From a virus (Duplodnaviria > Caudoviricetes), in IMG/VR virus record IMGVR_UViG_3300033182_000451, positions 1 through 25,650 of that record: a stretch of 25,650 nt of DNA. One strand, written 5' to 3'. The notes beneath the pieces are model-generated. The model searched no databases and was not told the DNA's origin. It saw only the letters and a list, made by a program, of their open reading frames with translations. This document shows positions 24,743 to 25,650 of this stretch, piece by piece. Each line of letters begins with the position of its first letter. Position 1 is the first letter of the stretch. A program made the position numbers and the translations under genes.

Positions 24743-25359
24743 TGGGTAGAAACGCTCCAACAGAATCTACTGGTGGCGGGGCATTTCCTTTAACTGCGGG
24801 CACGGCTCCGGATGATGCTTTTTTGCAATGCTATTACGGCGAGGCAACGTCTTTCGTAACAAGTTCAGTGTCAGCAAATAGGATTTTCATTTCACCGCTT
24901 TGGGTTCCCAAGAAAACGGTTATAGATGGCCTTTGGTTCATCAATGACGGCACTGGAGACAGTGGCGACGATGTGAGAATGGGCTTATTTTCAAGCACCA
25001 ATGGCTTGCCGGGTGCTTTGATTGACGAAACTGGAGAAATTGCCCTAGATGCAACCCGAGACGTTCGGGTTGCAGCAATGGCAGCAGACCAAACCCTAGA
25101 AATTGATACGGTGTATTGGGTTGGCATCGTGGCGAATGCTGCGATTAGCGTTACGGCAGAATCCTACGCAGCGGTTAGGCCCAACTTGACCCGTATTGGC
25201 TTGCCCGTCATCACAGCCGGGTTCTCTCCATGGAACGGCTCAAACTATCGCAATGGCCTTTACAAAAACCACACATATGGCGCAATGCCAGACCCATTCG
25301 GCACACCCTCAGAGGCGACAATCAATCCCCTCATGGGTGTAAGAGTAAAGGTGGCTTAA
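24742..25359 (+). CDS. Putative tail fibre / receptor-binding domain protein
   Basis: VRMGLF...GLPGALI...YWVGI beta-rich pattern; tail-module position; AT-richer sequence. Confidence 0.55.
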   Translation: MGRNAPTESTGGGAFPLTAGTAPDDAFLQCYYGEATSFVTSSVSANRIFISPLWVPKKTVIDGLWFINDGTGDSGDDVRMGLFSSTNGLPGALIDETGEIALDATRDVRVAAMAADQTLEIDTVYWVGIVANAAISVTAESYAAVRPNLTRIGLPVITAGFSPWNGSNYRNGLYKNHTYGAMPDPFGTPSEATINPLMGVRVKVA

Positions 25360-25650
25360 ATGGTAGTAGCATATAATCACGACGGCTCAATTGACCATGC
25401 AAGAACTCGCCCTTCTGTAGCACCGCAACCTAACAACCCAGGCAATCCCTACTTTGGAAAGAAACCTCTTACGAAAACCAAGTTTCTAGCTTTGCTTCAA
25501 AGCGCCATTGGAAACGGCGGTTACAATCGCTTGAGAAACGATAGCAACAGTCAATGGGTTTTTGATGTTGTTATGGCCGCAAACGTTATCGATGTAGATG
25601 ATGTTGGCGGTGATTTTTTGCAGATTTTAAGTTACCTGCAATCAACCAAC
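25360..25650 (+). CDS. Tail-module protein, truncated by the window end (possible fibre chaperone)
   Basis: Own translation MVVAYNHDGSIDHARTRPSV... stays open for 97 codons to the end of the window. Confidence 0.55.
   Translation, partial: MVVAYNHDGSIDHARTRPSVAPQPNNPGNPYFGKKPLTKTKFLALLQSAIGNGGYNRLRNDSNSQWVFDVVMAANVIDVDDVGGDFLQILSYLQSTN

Larger units (their letters stand above)
1..25650. mobile_element. Temperate tailed phage genome segment (probably podovirus-like), apparently in excised/circular configuration
   Basis: Continuous phage gene order: holin, attP, int, xis, recombination, cI/cro, replication, terminase, portal, scaffold, capsid, tail. No host housekeeping genes. Phage genes flank both sides of the att core. 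Confidence 0.96.

Noticed and set aside
616-25127. Numerous opposite-strand ORFs of 60-196 aa (for example 1377-1967, 9982-10554, 17504-17995, 18613-19110, 21591-22004)
   Set aside because: They are shadows of well-supported genes in GC-rich DNA and show no recognisable motifs.
23713-25650. Diversity-generating retroelement or invertible tail cassette
   Set aside because: No reverse transcriptase, invertase or template/variable repeat pair was seen in this window.

Overview
The whole window looks like a temperate, lambdoid-organised phage with a P22-like portal and no long-tail genes in view. The host is most likely an alphaproteobacterium, inferred from gene families and the GAGGCGGC-ATGA gene-coupling style. 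Order: end of lysis module (3TM holin), intact attP whose core matches a tRNA-Glu-type 3' end, then int/xis. A leftward early operon (DUF968, DUF1367, SSB, YqaJ exonuclease, ERF) is followed by the immunity region (PL, an unexplained inverted-repeat array, cI, PR, leaderless cro, CII-like). Next come RusA, a stand-alone DnaA-C HTH, a DUF1376 replication protein, a Q-position regulator and a late promoter with an immediate terminator. The late operon carries two glycosyltransferase-like genes, a ParB-methyltransferase, terminase, portal, an ADP-ribosyltransferase-like protein, scaffold, major capsid, adaptor and tail genes. The most unusual items are (i) the Maf-like plus GT-B glycosyltransferase pair heading the late operon, (ii) a 260-bp array of TAGGGACA...TGTCCCTA inverted repeats between cI and PL, (iii) an ART-PolyVal-like effector between portal and scaffold, and (iv) a GafY/GafZ-like late-control module. 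All family calls are from motif recognition by eye; no database searches were run.
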